Origin: a virus
Length of the DNA stretch: 64,000 bases
IMG/VR virus record: IMGVR_UViG_3300050821_017216
Span: 55,900-119,899 of that record
Strand: one strand, 5' to 3'
Shown here: positions 46,552 to 55,900 of the stretch, in pieces
Layout: every line of letters begins with the position of its first letter
How positions within the stretch are numbered: the stretch's first letter is position 1
Notes under the pieces: generated by a model
The model's database searches: none
Seen by the model: only the letters and a program-made list of their open reading frames with translations
Told to the model about the DNA's origin: nothing
Translations under genes and position numbers: made by a program

Positions 46552-46943
46552 GCGTGAACTACGAACCCAGGCGCGGCCAGGCCGTCGGCCGCGTCGTCAT
46601 CAAGTCCACCCCCTCGACCATCGTGCGGCCGGACGAGACGAAGGGGACGACGAAGCTCGTCCTGCTCGACGCGGTCGGTCCTGACTTCGCGGAGAAGGGG
46701 CTGAAGGTCGGCGACGTGGTGCTGCCGTCGAAGGTCAGCAGCGTCGTGATGGAGGGCGGGGCCTCGTTTCGACCTGTCGTCAACGAGGCGGACGTCATCC
46801 TCGTCGTCCGCAACTGGACCAGCCTGAGCGAGTTCCGCGTGCAGACCGAGAGCGGCGCGGAGTACGTGGCGTTCGACGATCCGCGCGCCGCGCCGTCGCT
46901 CGGGTTCGTCAGCGAGTCACAACCCACGTCGGCGGCGGCGTGA
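46548..46943 (+). CDS. GroES/Cpn10-like protein
   Basis: P..G..V....IVRPD..VLLDAVG..LKVGDVVL..VVNEADVILVV, AAGGAG RBS. Confidence 0.55.
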   Translation: MSVNYEPRRGQAVGRVVIKSTPSTIVRPDETKGTTKLVLLDAVGPDFAEKGLKVGDVVLPSKVSSVVMEGGASFRPVVNEADVILVVRNWTSLSEFRVQTESGAEYVAFDDPRAAPSLGFVSESQPTSAAA

Positions 46944-47626
46944 TGGGCAGGAGCGCGTACGACCCTGCCGCCTTCGCCCGCCTGCGCGGGTGCGGGTGCC
47001 ACGCGCCGGCGCAGGCGCGGGTCGTCGCTGAGCGGACGGCGCGCGCCGGTCGACGTGGCCGGCGCCTACTGCGCGACGACACGCACGAGTCGGCGCTCGC
47101 GGGCGCCGGTGCGGACCCGATCGTCCTCGGCGCCGGCAACGGGTCGAAGTGCCGGCCGTTCCTGACCGTGCAGAAGGACCAGGAGCGGTTCAGCGCGTGC
47201 AACGCGCTCGCCGACAAGATCGGCCCGCTCGACTCGTCGGAGCGGGCGTTCGAGCTGATCAGCGAGGCCATCGGCGACGAGGTCAACGAGGTCTTCGGGA
47301 TCGTCACGCTCGACCTGCACCTGCGCATGAAGTCGGTCGCGGAGACCGGTCGCGGCGAGCCGTCCGCCGTCATGGCGCCCATGGTCCCGACGCTGCAGGC
47401 GGCGCTCATCGATGGCGCGCACGCTGTAATTCTCTGGCACTGTCACCCCTCCGGGGTCGAGGCCGAGCCGAGCGACGCGGACAAGGAGACGACCGAGGCG
47501 TTCGCGGATGCGTTCGAGATCGTCGGTGTCGGTCTACTTGATCACATCATTTTGGGAGGGTCCAAAGAGAAGCCGTCGTACTTCAGCTTCCTCGACGCGG
47601 GACTGCTTCCGGAACTCGAGGACTAG
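46940..47626 (+). CDS. RadC-like JAB/MPN domain protein
   Basis: HCHPSG..PSDAD..T..LLDHII. Confidence 0.85.
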   Translation: MMGRSAYDPAAFARLRGCGCHAPAQARVVAERTARAGRRGRRLLRDDTHESALAGAGADPIVLGAGNGSKCRPFLTVQKDQERFSACNALADKIGPLDSSERAFELISEAIGDEVNEVFGIVTLDLHLRMKSVAETGRGEPSAVMAPMVPTLQAALIDGAHAVILWHCHPSGVEAEPSDADKETTEAFADAFEIVGVGLLDHIILGGSKEKPSYFSFLDAGLLPELED

Positions 47627-47682
47627 TCGGCGTCGCTTTCCAGCATCTCGCCCATCACCAACCATTCCCAACGGATCCCCTG

Positions 47683-48168
47683 ATGCCCAACAACCTCCCC
47701 CCGACCGTCGACCGCTCTATCCTCCCGGTGGAGCGGCAGCTACCCCAACCGAGCCCCGACGCGACCGTGCTGGTCCGGCTGGTCACCGACCAACTCAACC
47801 CCGAGGAGGTCAAGGTAGCGACGGACGCAAAGTCGCAGGTCCCGGTCTTCAACCAGACCGTGTGGATCCTGAACCAACCGCACCCGCTCGCGAGCGAGGC
47901 GAAGATCGTGCGGATGTACTCGCGCGACGACGGTGGGGTCGAGGTGTACTCGAGCGACGGCAAGATGTTCGTGAGGACGGTCCTGCCGGAGCGCGTGATC
48001 CGCTTCTTCGACGAGGCGATGTCCGACGAGACCTTCGTCGCGTTCATCGAGGAGGCCGAGAGCGAAGAGGAGGAGGAAGAGCCCGAGCCCGATCCGGAGC
48101 CCGGGCAGGAGCCCAACGCGGAGACAGACGCCGCGCCCGCCGCGAACGGCCCGAGCGCGGCCTCGTAA
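47683..48168 (+). CDS. Hypothetical protein with an acidic tail
   Basis: 161 aa, GC3-biased. Confidence 0.75.
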   Translation: MPNNLPPTVDRSILPVERQLPQPSPDATVLVRLVTDQLNPEEVKVATDAKSQVPVFNQTVWILNQPHPLASEAKIVRMYSRDDGGVEVYSSDGKMFVRTVLPERVIRFFDEAMSDETFVAFIEEAESEEEEEEPEPDPEPGQEPNAETDAAPAANGPSAAS

Positions 48169-48182
48169 GGGGACTCGAGACG

Positions 48183-50051
48183 ATGCCGGGCGACGAGGAA
48201 GACGAGGACGGTGTCGACCGCGACGAGGACGTCGTCGAAGACGACGGGGGTGACGACGATGGGGGTAACGACGACGGCGACGAGGGGAGCGACGCGGACA
48301 GGCACCCCACGACCGGTCAGCGACTCATCCCGCTCCCGCGTCGCCCACCACCCCAACCCACGAACGGTCCACCCGCGCGGGCTACGCGCCCAGCGCGGCC
48401 CGCAGTCGACGCAGCGCGCCGCCCTAGGCCGCGCCGCCCCAAGGCGCCCGAGAACGCAACGCCCGAACCCGCCGCGACCCAACCCGTGAACCAACCCCCT
48501 CCCCTCCCCCAAACGGCGCCGCCCGCGCCGACTGTCCCGACGGCTCCCGCCCGGACCGCGCACGACGGCAACGTGCTCCTCTCCTTCGAGGAGACGCTCA
48601 AGGTGTACCCGTCCGCCAACGCGACCATCTCCGTCGAGCGCCGGACCGGCGTGCCGGCGCAGTGGATGGTCACCACGCGACCGCGCACGGCCAACGAGCT
48701 CTACGAGGCGCTCAAGGCCCTGCACGGACGGAGCGGGGAGGCCACCTACGAGGTCGCCTTCCGCGACGGCGCCGGCCACGGGAGCGGCGGCTCGGTCTCG
48801 CTACCGAGCACACTCGACGCGCCTCCGGCGCCCGGGCAGCCCGTCGTGAGGCAGGAGTATCCCTACCCGTCGCAGGTAGCTTACGCGCAGCCGCAACCGG
48901 CCTCTCACTACGCGCCCCCTGCGCCTGCCCCGCAGGTCGCTCCGTCCGGCACGCCGTTCGAGGTGATGCTCGCGATGCAGAAGCAGGTGTTCGACATGGT
49001 GCAGTCGATGGCGCCGAAGCCCGTCGCCGCTCCGCCCGCGGCGCCCGCACCACCGGCGCAACCTCCGCCGCCCGCCGCGCCGGACATCAACGCGCTCCTC
49101 GCGATGCAGAAGCAGATGTTCGACATGGTGCAGTCGATGCAGCCGGGGCACGCGCAGCCGCCACCGCCGCCCCAACCGCAGCCAGCGCCCGCGTCGCCGC
49201 AGTCCGCCGGTCCGGTCGACCAGACCGCGGCGCTGCTCGCGATGCAGAAGCAGATGTTCGACATGATGCAGGCGATGCAGGCGACGGCCGCCGGGCACAC
49301 TCCGCCCACGTCGCCGCAGCCCACACCCGCAGCGCCGGCCACGGACCCGACCGGCGTGATGCTCGCGATGCAGAAGCAGACGTTCGACATGATGCTCCAG
49401 ATGATGCAGGCGACCCAGCGAGGGAGCGCGCCGCCGCCCGGCGGCGGGCCGTACACTGGGCCGTACCGACCGCGCGACCCGCGCGACGGTGGCGCGTCTG
49501 GCGCGCCGGCAACGCCGTACGCCTCACCGCACTACCAATCGCCTCAGCGCCCGCAGACGCCGTCCGAGCAGCTGCGCGACGCGGCCAACGTCTTCCGGTC
49601 GACCATGGAGGTCGCGCGCGAGTTCGGGTTCGCCGGGCAGACCGCCGAACCAGCGGCGACCTCGGTCGAGGAGGACGACACCCCCGTCCGCGTCATCGAC
49701 ATGGGGCTCGCCAAGGGCGTCATCAACCGGGACGACGGGAGGCTGCGCGGCGTCGAGACGTTCATGGCCAACCTGCCCGACATCCTCAAGTGGGTCGGCG
49801 ACCAGCGCGCGGAGATCAGGAAGGAGCGCGAGGCGAGCCGGCAGCGCGACCTGCAGCAGCAGTTGCCGCCCGGTTACGTCGTGGCGACGCCGGACTACCA
49901 GCCGCCCCCCGGGTTCGTCGCGGTCCCGGTCGACCAGATCCCGCAAGCCGCGCAGGAGACGCTGCCCGAGGCGCCGGAGGAGATGCCTCCCCCGCTCGCC
50001 GCCGAGAAGCCTCGGTCGACCTGGGGGATGCCGCCGACGAGGAGCGGCTGA
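48183..50051 (+). CDS. Pro-rich low-complexity protein with four LAMQKQxFDM repeats
   Basis: ATG at 48183 after the 48168 stop. Confidence 0.8.
   Translation: MPGDEEDEDGVDRDEDVVEDDGGDDDGGNDDGDEGSDADRHPTTGQRLIPLPRRPPPQPTNGPPARATRPARPAVDAARRPRPRRPKAPENATPEPAATQPVNQPPPLPQTAPPAPTVPTAPARTAHDGNVLLSFEETLKVYPSANATISVERRTGVPAQWMVTTRPRTANELYEALKALHGRSGEATYEVAFRDGAGHGSGGSVSLPSTLDAPPAPGQPVVRQEYPYPSQVAYAQPQPASHYAPPAPAPQVAPSGTPFEVMLAMQKQVFDMVQSMAPKPVAAPPAAPAPPAQPPPPAAPDINALLAMQKQMFDMVQSMQPGHAQPPPPPQPQPAPASPQSAGPVDQTAALLAMQKQMFDMMQAMQATAAGHTPPTSPQPTPAAPATDPTGVMLAMQKQTFDMMLQMMQATQRGSAPPPGGGPYTGPYRPRDPRDGGASGAPATPYASPHYQSPQRPQTPSEQLRDAANVFRSTMEVAREFGFAGQTAEPAATSVEEDDTPVRVIDMGLAKGVINRDDGRLRGVETFMANLPDILKWVGDQRAEIRKEREASRQRDLQQQLPPGYVVATPDYQPPPGFVAVPVDQIPQAAQETLPEAPEEMPPPLAAEKPRSTWGMPPTRSG
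48969..49394 (+). repeat. Four coding repeats CTCGCGATGCAGAAGCAG.(T/C)GTTCGACATG
   Basis: Seen directly, separated by Pro/Ala spacers. Confidence 0.9.
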
Positions 50052-50059
50052 CCAAAACC

Positions 50060-50236
50060 ATGCGGTTCAAGATCTTCATGCAGGTCTCAGTCGACGCGCG
50101 CGATCCGCAGCAGGCGGTCGACTGGGCCAAGAAGTTCGAGAAGCTCCTCAAGAACCCGATGGCCACGATGGCGATCGAGGCCGAGGGGATCAAGGTGGTC
50201 GGCGAGCCGATCGCGCTGCAGCCGAAGCCGGAGTAG
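50060..50236 (+). CDS. Small hypothetical protein
   Basis: MRFKIFMQVSVDARDP... Confidence 0.65.
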   Translation: MRFKIFMQVSVDARDPQQAVDWAKKFEKLLKNPMATMAIEAEGIKVVGEPIALQPKPE

Positions 50237-50240
50237 CGGC

Positions 50241-50663
50241 GTGAACAAGAGAGATCCGGAAACTCTCGCGGAGATCGCGGAGGAGCGCGCCAGAGCCCGC
50301 GCGCGGCGGATCATGCGTGCGGTCATGCGGAAGAGCGTGTACTTCGGCGGCGAGAGCCGCGACAAGGTGCAGCGCGTACCGTTCCCAGGTGGCCTCGACG
50401 ACCCGCGTGCGTACCTCGTGGATCTGCTCGCGATAGCAGTTGGCGACACCCACGCGAGTGCTGTCGTGGACGCGCTCGACGTGTACCTGGAGACCGCTTC
50501 GGAGAACCGCACCCCGGCGTTTCAGTGGTCGCCACCCAACCGCGAGGTCGACCTAGTCCGCCAACGCGACGAGGCCCTCTCCCGTGCTGAGAGGGCCGAA
50601 CAGGCGCTGAAGGCCAAAACGAAGAAGAGGAAGCGGGCGACGACGCCGCAGCAAACTGCTTAG
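50241..50663 (+). CDS. Small protein carrying a copy of the capsid-candidate N-terminal peptide
   Basis: KSVYFGGESRDKVQRVPF. Confidence 0.7.
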   Translation: MNKRDPETLAEIAEERARARARRIMRAVMRKSVYFGGESRDKVQRVPFPGGLDDPRAYLVDLLAIAVGDTHASAVVDALDVYLETASENRTPAFQWSPPNREVDLVRQRDEALSRAERAEQALKAKTKKRKRATTPQQTA

Positions 50664-50708
50664 CGCGCGGGCTGGACGCGATCGGGGGTTCGCGCGTAGG
50701 CTTCAGTC

Positions 50709-51821
50709 GTGCGCACCTACGTCGTCAAGCCGAACGATTCGCCCGGGAGCATCGCGGCGCAGGATTCGATGGCTTCGTGCCCGAAATGTTCGATCGAACT
50801 GCCGCGCGTAAACGCGCACAAGCCTACGGTTAGGCATCCAAACGGCTACGTCACCTTCAAGGATCTGCGCGTCGGGGAGGTCCTGAATCTGCCCGACGAG
50901 TGGTTCGACCCGGCTCGCGAGGACCTGCCCGCGACGTACTACCGGATCCTCCCGTACGTAGACGGCGTCACGCCCGGATCGCTCGGCGACGCGCTCGGCG
51001 ACTTCCCCGAGCTCGACGCCGCCGTCGCCGCCGTCGCCCAGCTCGCGGCGCTCGACGACACCGCGTTCACGCGGGCCGTCGGCGACGCCGGCACGAAGGT
51101 CGACGCCTCCGTGGCGGAGGTGTACGGCTCCACGCAGTCGCCCGACGCCGCCGCCAAGGCGCGAGCCGTCAAGGACGCCACGCACTGGGCCTGGCTACGC
51201 AACCACGATCTCGCGGCCGCCGTCACGTCCGGCGACCGAGCCACCGTCACGCGCGCGCGGCTCGACATCCAGAACTCGCTCGCTACCGCGCTCGGCAACG
51301 CGCGCCTCGCGATCCTCGCGCACTACCCGTCAGCGGCCCCGGCGGCGGCCTCGAGTGACCTGCAAGCCGCCGCGCAGGCGGCCGTCGACGCGCTCTCGGC
51401 TGACCCGAACTACTGCACCTCGGTCACCCACCCGGGCACACCCGTCAACGCCGCGGTGCACCGGTTCAAGCTCGCGTGGAACGCATCGCAGACCCCGAAG
51501 GTCCCGATCGGCACGGGCACCTACGAGGTGGCGACCACGGTCGCGCTCGCGCAGGTCCACGGCAGCGCGCCGTCCGCGTGTGGCGCGAACCAGCGTCCGG
51601 TGCCCGCCCCGAAGCCTCCGCCGCCCCTGCCCGCAGGAAAGCAGGAGGAGACCATCACGCCGCCGAGTAAGAAGAGCGGGGCCGGTTGGTCGCTCGGCAC
51701 GGTCATCGCTGGCGTGGCGCTCGCGGGCGCGGCGGCCGGTGGAGTCGCCTACCTGGCGACGCGACCGAGCAAGCCCGCGCGCGGCCAGCCGGTCACGCGC
51801 CGAGAGGGGTTCGCGACGTGA
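50709..51821 (+). CDS. LysM-domain protein with a C-terminal membrane anchor
   Basis: TYVVKPNDSPGSIA..LRVGEVLNLP, TM VIAGVALAGAAAGGVAYL, TAGGCT 6 nt before GTG. Confidence 0.75.
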   Translation: MRTYVVKPNDSPGSIAAQDSMASCPKCSIELPRVNAHKPTVRHPNGYVTFKDLRVGEVLNLPDEWFDPAREDLPATYYRILPYVDGVTPGSLGDALGDFPELDAAVAAVAQLAALDDTAFTRAVGDAGTKVDASVAEVYGSTQSPDAAAKARAVKDATHWAWLRNHDLAAAVTSGDRATVTRARLDIQNSLATALGNARLAILAHYPSAAPAAASSDLQAAAQAAVDALSADPNYCTSVTHPGTPVNAAVHRFKLAWNASQTPKVPIGTGTYEVATTVALAQVHGSAPSACGANQRPVPAPKPPPPLPAGKQEETITPPSKKSGAGWSLGTVIAGVALAGAAAGGVAYLATRPSKPARGQPVTRREGFAT

Positions 51822-52489
51822 AAGTGATCGACAGGCCCGTAGAGGGCGTGACGACGGACGCGCGTCCGCACCCGGCCGGGCGAGAGGGGTCGCTCATCTC
51901 GCTCAACGAGGTGGCCGAGCGATCGTGGAAGTCCCGGATGTCGCCGCGCCTGCGCGCGTGGACGACGCAGCGCCTCGCCGAGGCCGGCGTCTCGACGGGG
52001 ACGCGCCGGCAGAAGGCGCAGGCGATCCTCGACGCGTTCCGCGCGAAGGTGCCGTACATCGCCGACCCGGTGATGGGCGAGTTCATGGAGACGCCAGAGC
52101 AGACGCTCTGCTTGGACGAGGGCGGCCTCTGCTTCATCGGCACCGACTGCGACGGTGCGGCGATCACGCTCATCGCGTGCATGCTCTGCATCGGGATCCC
52201 CGCGATGGTCATCGGCTCGTCGCACAAGGCGCCCCTCGACGTGCCGACGCACGTCTTCATGGCGTTCCAGGACGAGCAGAGCGAGTGGGTCCGTATGGAC
52301 GGCACGACGAAGCACCCGGTCGGTCGCGTCTCGCCTCACCAGCGCGAGTGGTGGGTCGAGCCTGGCGCGGAAGCGAAGAGCCGGGGCGAGGGCGACTTCG
52401 TGGGCATGGCCGGTGGCGCCGCGGTCGGCGTCGGCGGGTCGGTCGCGCGCGCGAGCGCGCTCGATCTCCTCTACCCGTCGATCAAGTAA
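51818..52489 (+). CDS. Transglutaminase-like (papain-fold) Cys protease candidate
   Basis: VPYIADP..E..TPEQTL..GTDCD..THVF..W..MDGT (Cys-His-Asp). Confidence 0.75.
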   Translation: MKVIDRPVEGVTTDARPHPAGREGSLISLNEVAERSWKSRMSPRLRAWTTQRLAEAGVSTGTRRQKAQAILDAFRAKVPYIADPVMGEFMETPEQTLCLDEGGLCFIGTDCDGAAITLIACMLCIGIPAMVIGSSHKAPLDVPTHVFMAFQDEQSEWVRMDGTTKHPVGRVSPHQREWWVEPGAEAKSRGEGDFVGMAGGAAVGVGGSVARASALDLLYPSIK

Positions 52490-52538
52490 GCACCCCCACG
52501 CCCGCGCGCAGAGAGCGCGTTTCGAGCGCCGCGCGACC

Positions 52539-52622
52539 GTTGCATCGCGCGCCGACGCTCCTGTTGCACGCCGGATGCAACAGGAGCAGTTCGGTTGCAT
52601 CCCGGTTGCATCGGGTTGCATC
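52539..52622. repeat. GTTGCA(T/C) repeat cluster with a 12-bp inverted repeat
   Basis: GCTCCTGTTGCA-7 nt-TGCAACAGGAGC (52557-52587), GGTTGCATC at 52593, 52604 and 52614, GTTGCATC at 52539. Confidence 0.85.
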
Positions 52623-52657
52623 GGTCGCGTCGCTCGCGAACGATCGTGTCCATATAG

Positions 52658-52688
52658 GTAATACTCAGGACATACCGGAGTATGCCGA
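52658..52688 (+). promoter_or_regulatory. Dispersed non-coding motif, copy 3
   Basis: GTAATACTCAGGACATACCGGAGTATGCCGA. Confidence 0.7.
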
Positions 52689-52967
52689 TCACGACTCACG
52701 AGTCGCGCGCGATCTAGAAATCGGATGAGCCGAATTGCCCTGAATTCCAGGGTCGATCCACTGGCTCACCTTCAACGCGCAACATGATCGGTAAGTGTCC
52801 AGTTTCATGTAGTAATCGTCTCGCATCGACCCGCTCGACCAGACCCAACTATCGCGGTCGATCGGTGGCGCCACTCCGAGCCCGATCGCGCGTTCTAAAA
52901 ACTCAATCTCTTGACGCGATAAGAGCGCATTGGGAGCCTTGCTTTCGACAGTTGAATCCCGGATGAC

Positions 52968-55900
52968 ATGGGCGCGTACAAACACCGTCTCGCCGAACTC
53001 TCCGCCGCGCGCGAGCGCGTCGGGCGGCGCACTGCCGGTCACCGCGCGTCGGCCAGTCGACGCCCCGTCCTCGCGCCGCGCCGCGCGGGCGCTCCCGCTC
53101 GCCGCGAGGTCCGCATCGGCACGGTCATCCCGAGCCGGTACGTCCCGCCGCCGCCTCCCCCTCCTCCGCCTGACTACGACCCACCTCCCCCTTCCCTGGA
53201 CGTCGAGGACAGGCGCAAGCGGTCTGCCATGCAGACCCAGTCGCTGCTCTTCAGTCGCGCTGAGGGTTGGACCGTCGAGAAGGCGAAGGTGTGGGCCAAG
53301 AAGCACGGCCACAAGTCGAACAAGGTGGACGTCACCGACCAGTACGTCCGACTCAGACAACTCGACCCGAAAGGGTTTCAGGTCAAACGGACAGTTCCGT
53401 TTGGCAAGGGCATCCGCGCAGTAGTCGCTCGTGAGGAAACCATGGCAGCCAAAAAGAAGACGACCCGTCGCCCCGCAGCCAAGCGCACCGCCGCCCGGCG
53501 CAAGCCCGCTGCCAAGCCCAAGGCGCCCCCGAAGCGCCGCACCGCGCCGAAGAAGTCCAAGCCGGCGACGACGCGTGTCGTCTCCGCTCGCCGCCCCGCG
53601 CGCAAGGTGCGCGCGTCCGGCCGGCGCGCCACCGAGGCGCGCCGCCCGAAGAAGCGCGCCGTCCGCGCGCAGACCAAGCGCACCTACGCTCGCGCGAAGT
53701 CCAAGGTCGCCGAGTCGCGCCGCCCGAAGAAGCGCGCGGTCAGCCGCAAGCCGTCCGGCCAGGTGATGGCGAAGCGCAAGGTCCGCAGCACGCGCAGCAA
53801 GGGTCGCCGGACCGTGCAAGCGTGGCACGGCGACAGCGCCGGCCATAGCAAGGCGGCGAAGAAGGGCTGGAAGACCCGCAAGGCTGGCAAGCCCAGCAAG
53901 CCCAGCAAGGCCTCCCGCACGACCAAGACGGCCGCCGAGTCGCGCCGTCCGAAGCGCCGCACCACCCGCGAGACGCCGCGCGTCGCCGCGACGCGCCGCC
54001 CGACCAAGCGCACCTACGCTCGCGCGAAGTCCAAGGTCGCCGAGTCGCGCCGCCCGGCCAAGAAGCGCGGCAGCAGCCGCCGGGTCCGCGAGGCGACCCG
54101 CGTCGCTTCGCCCCGCTCGTACCGCAAGAGCCGCGTCGTCCGCGCGCCCAGCCTCGGCAGCATCGCCCGCACGGCGGGCCAGATGGGCGCCGAGATCGGG
54201 ACCGCGGTCGCCGGCTACCTCATCGCGGACGGGATCGACCGGTTCCTCGCGACCTACGACCCGTCGGGCACGGCCAAGCCGGCGAACAAGTTCACCTCGG
54301 ACGGCGCCGGCACGCTCGCCAACGCCCTCAACGTCGCGTCGCCGCCCGACATGTGGCGCTACGGCGCCCTCGCCGCGATGACGCTCGTGCCGCTCGGCGG
54401 ATCGCTCCTCGCCAAGAACCCCATGGTCCGAGCCGGAGTCGAGGGGATCGGGCTCGGCGCCGGCGTCAAGCTCTTCACGACGCTCTGGTCGCACGTGCTC
54501 ATGCCGATGCTCGTCGGCAAGGACACGAGCGTGCCCGCGCTCCGGAAGAGCTGGATCGCTCGCCTCTACCCCGCGGAGGTCTCCGCCTCGCTCAACATCA
54601 AGAGCGGCAAGGCCGACGTCTCGAGCGGCGGCGCCACCAGCACGGCCGGCACGCTCTCGGGCGGGTCCGACCGCGACGCCGGGCCCTTCGCGCTCGGCGA
54701 CCGCTTCGCTCGCGGGCGCGGCGACCGACACGACTGGGTCGCCCCGTCCCCGTGGCCGACGGCGGCGGTCCCCGCTGCCCCAGCATACGACCCCTCGATC
54801 GTCGACACGTCGATCCCGGCTCCCCCCGTGCAGCCGGCGTGGCCGGCGCGCTGGGGTGAGCACCACCGCTGGGGCCTGCGCGGCGTCGGCGACGCGGTGC
54901 AGGACATGACCGCGACCATCGCGGCCCAGACCGGCGTGCACCCCGCGCACGCGGTCAACGCGGCGATGCACGCGGCCGCCGAGCCGGCCGACCTCACCCA
55001 GGCGCTGCAGCGCGCGCTGCCGCACGTCAACCGCGACGTCCTGCGCGAGACCGCGCGGCACCTGCACCCGCACGTGGTCCGGATGCACCTGCACTCGCGC
55101 TACCCGCGCGAGCACGGTGAGTGGGAGTCCGAGCGGGCGGGCGAGGGCTTCCCCGCTCCCGACCACGACGCTCCGGAGCAGGAGTGGCGCGAGTGGCACG
55201 GCAAGCGTGCGGCCGCGGGTCTGCCTCAGGCCCCCCCTCCGCCCGAGCCGCCGCCGCTCACCCCCGCGACGCCCGTGCACCTGCGCACGCGCTTCGAGTG
55301 GCAGCCGAAGAGCGGTCGCGAGATCACCTCCGACCGCTACCCGACGACCCAGCAGGTCCTCGGGATCGGGGCACCCTACGCGAGCGGCAACCCTGGCCAA
55401 CCTGGCCTCGGCGAGGCGTTCTCCGACGCGGTGCAGACCGTGGCGGCCACCGTCCCGGACATGCCGCTCGAGAACGCCGTCAACGCGACCGCGTTCGCGG
55501 CGGCCGAGCCCTGCAACCTCGTGCGAGCGTTCGAGCGCGCGATGCCGCAGATCCGCCGCGAGCTCGCGCGCCAGTGCGCGGTGCGCGTCGACCCGTACAT
55601 CCGCACCATCCACGACCAGACGGGGGTCCCCCTGCCGGCCGCTCCGGGCGCGCCCGCTGCGCCGGCTCCGGGACTCCCCGCGGCGCCGCCGGCCGTCCCC
55701 GGCGCCCCGCTGTCGCTCGCGCCGCTCTTCAAGCCGTCCCCCCCGCCCCCGAGCTGGACCCGCAGCGAGGCGGAGTGGCACGTCCAGGAGAAGAGCGACT
55801 GGGATCGCTCTCACGCGAGCCCCGTCGTCGTCGCAGCGGCGACCCAGGCGGCTCAGGCCGCAGCCGCCCCGCACCCCGACGCCGACCACCCTGCGGTGCA

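Noticed and set aside
47508-48182. N-terminal extension of the 847-aa ORF
   Set aside because: Overlaps the well-supported 47683-48168 gene in another frame. ATG 48183 is the plausible start.
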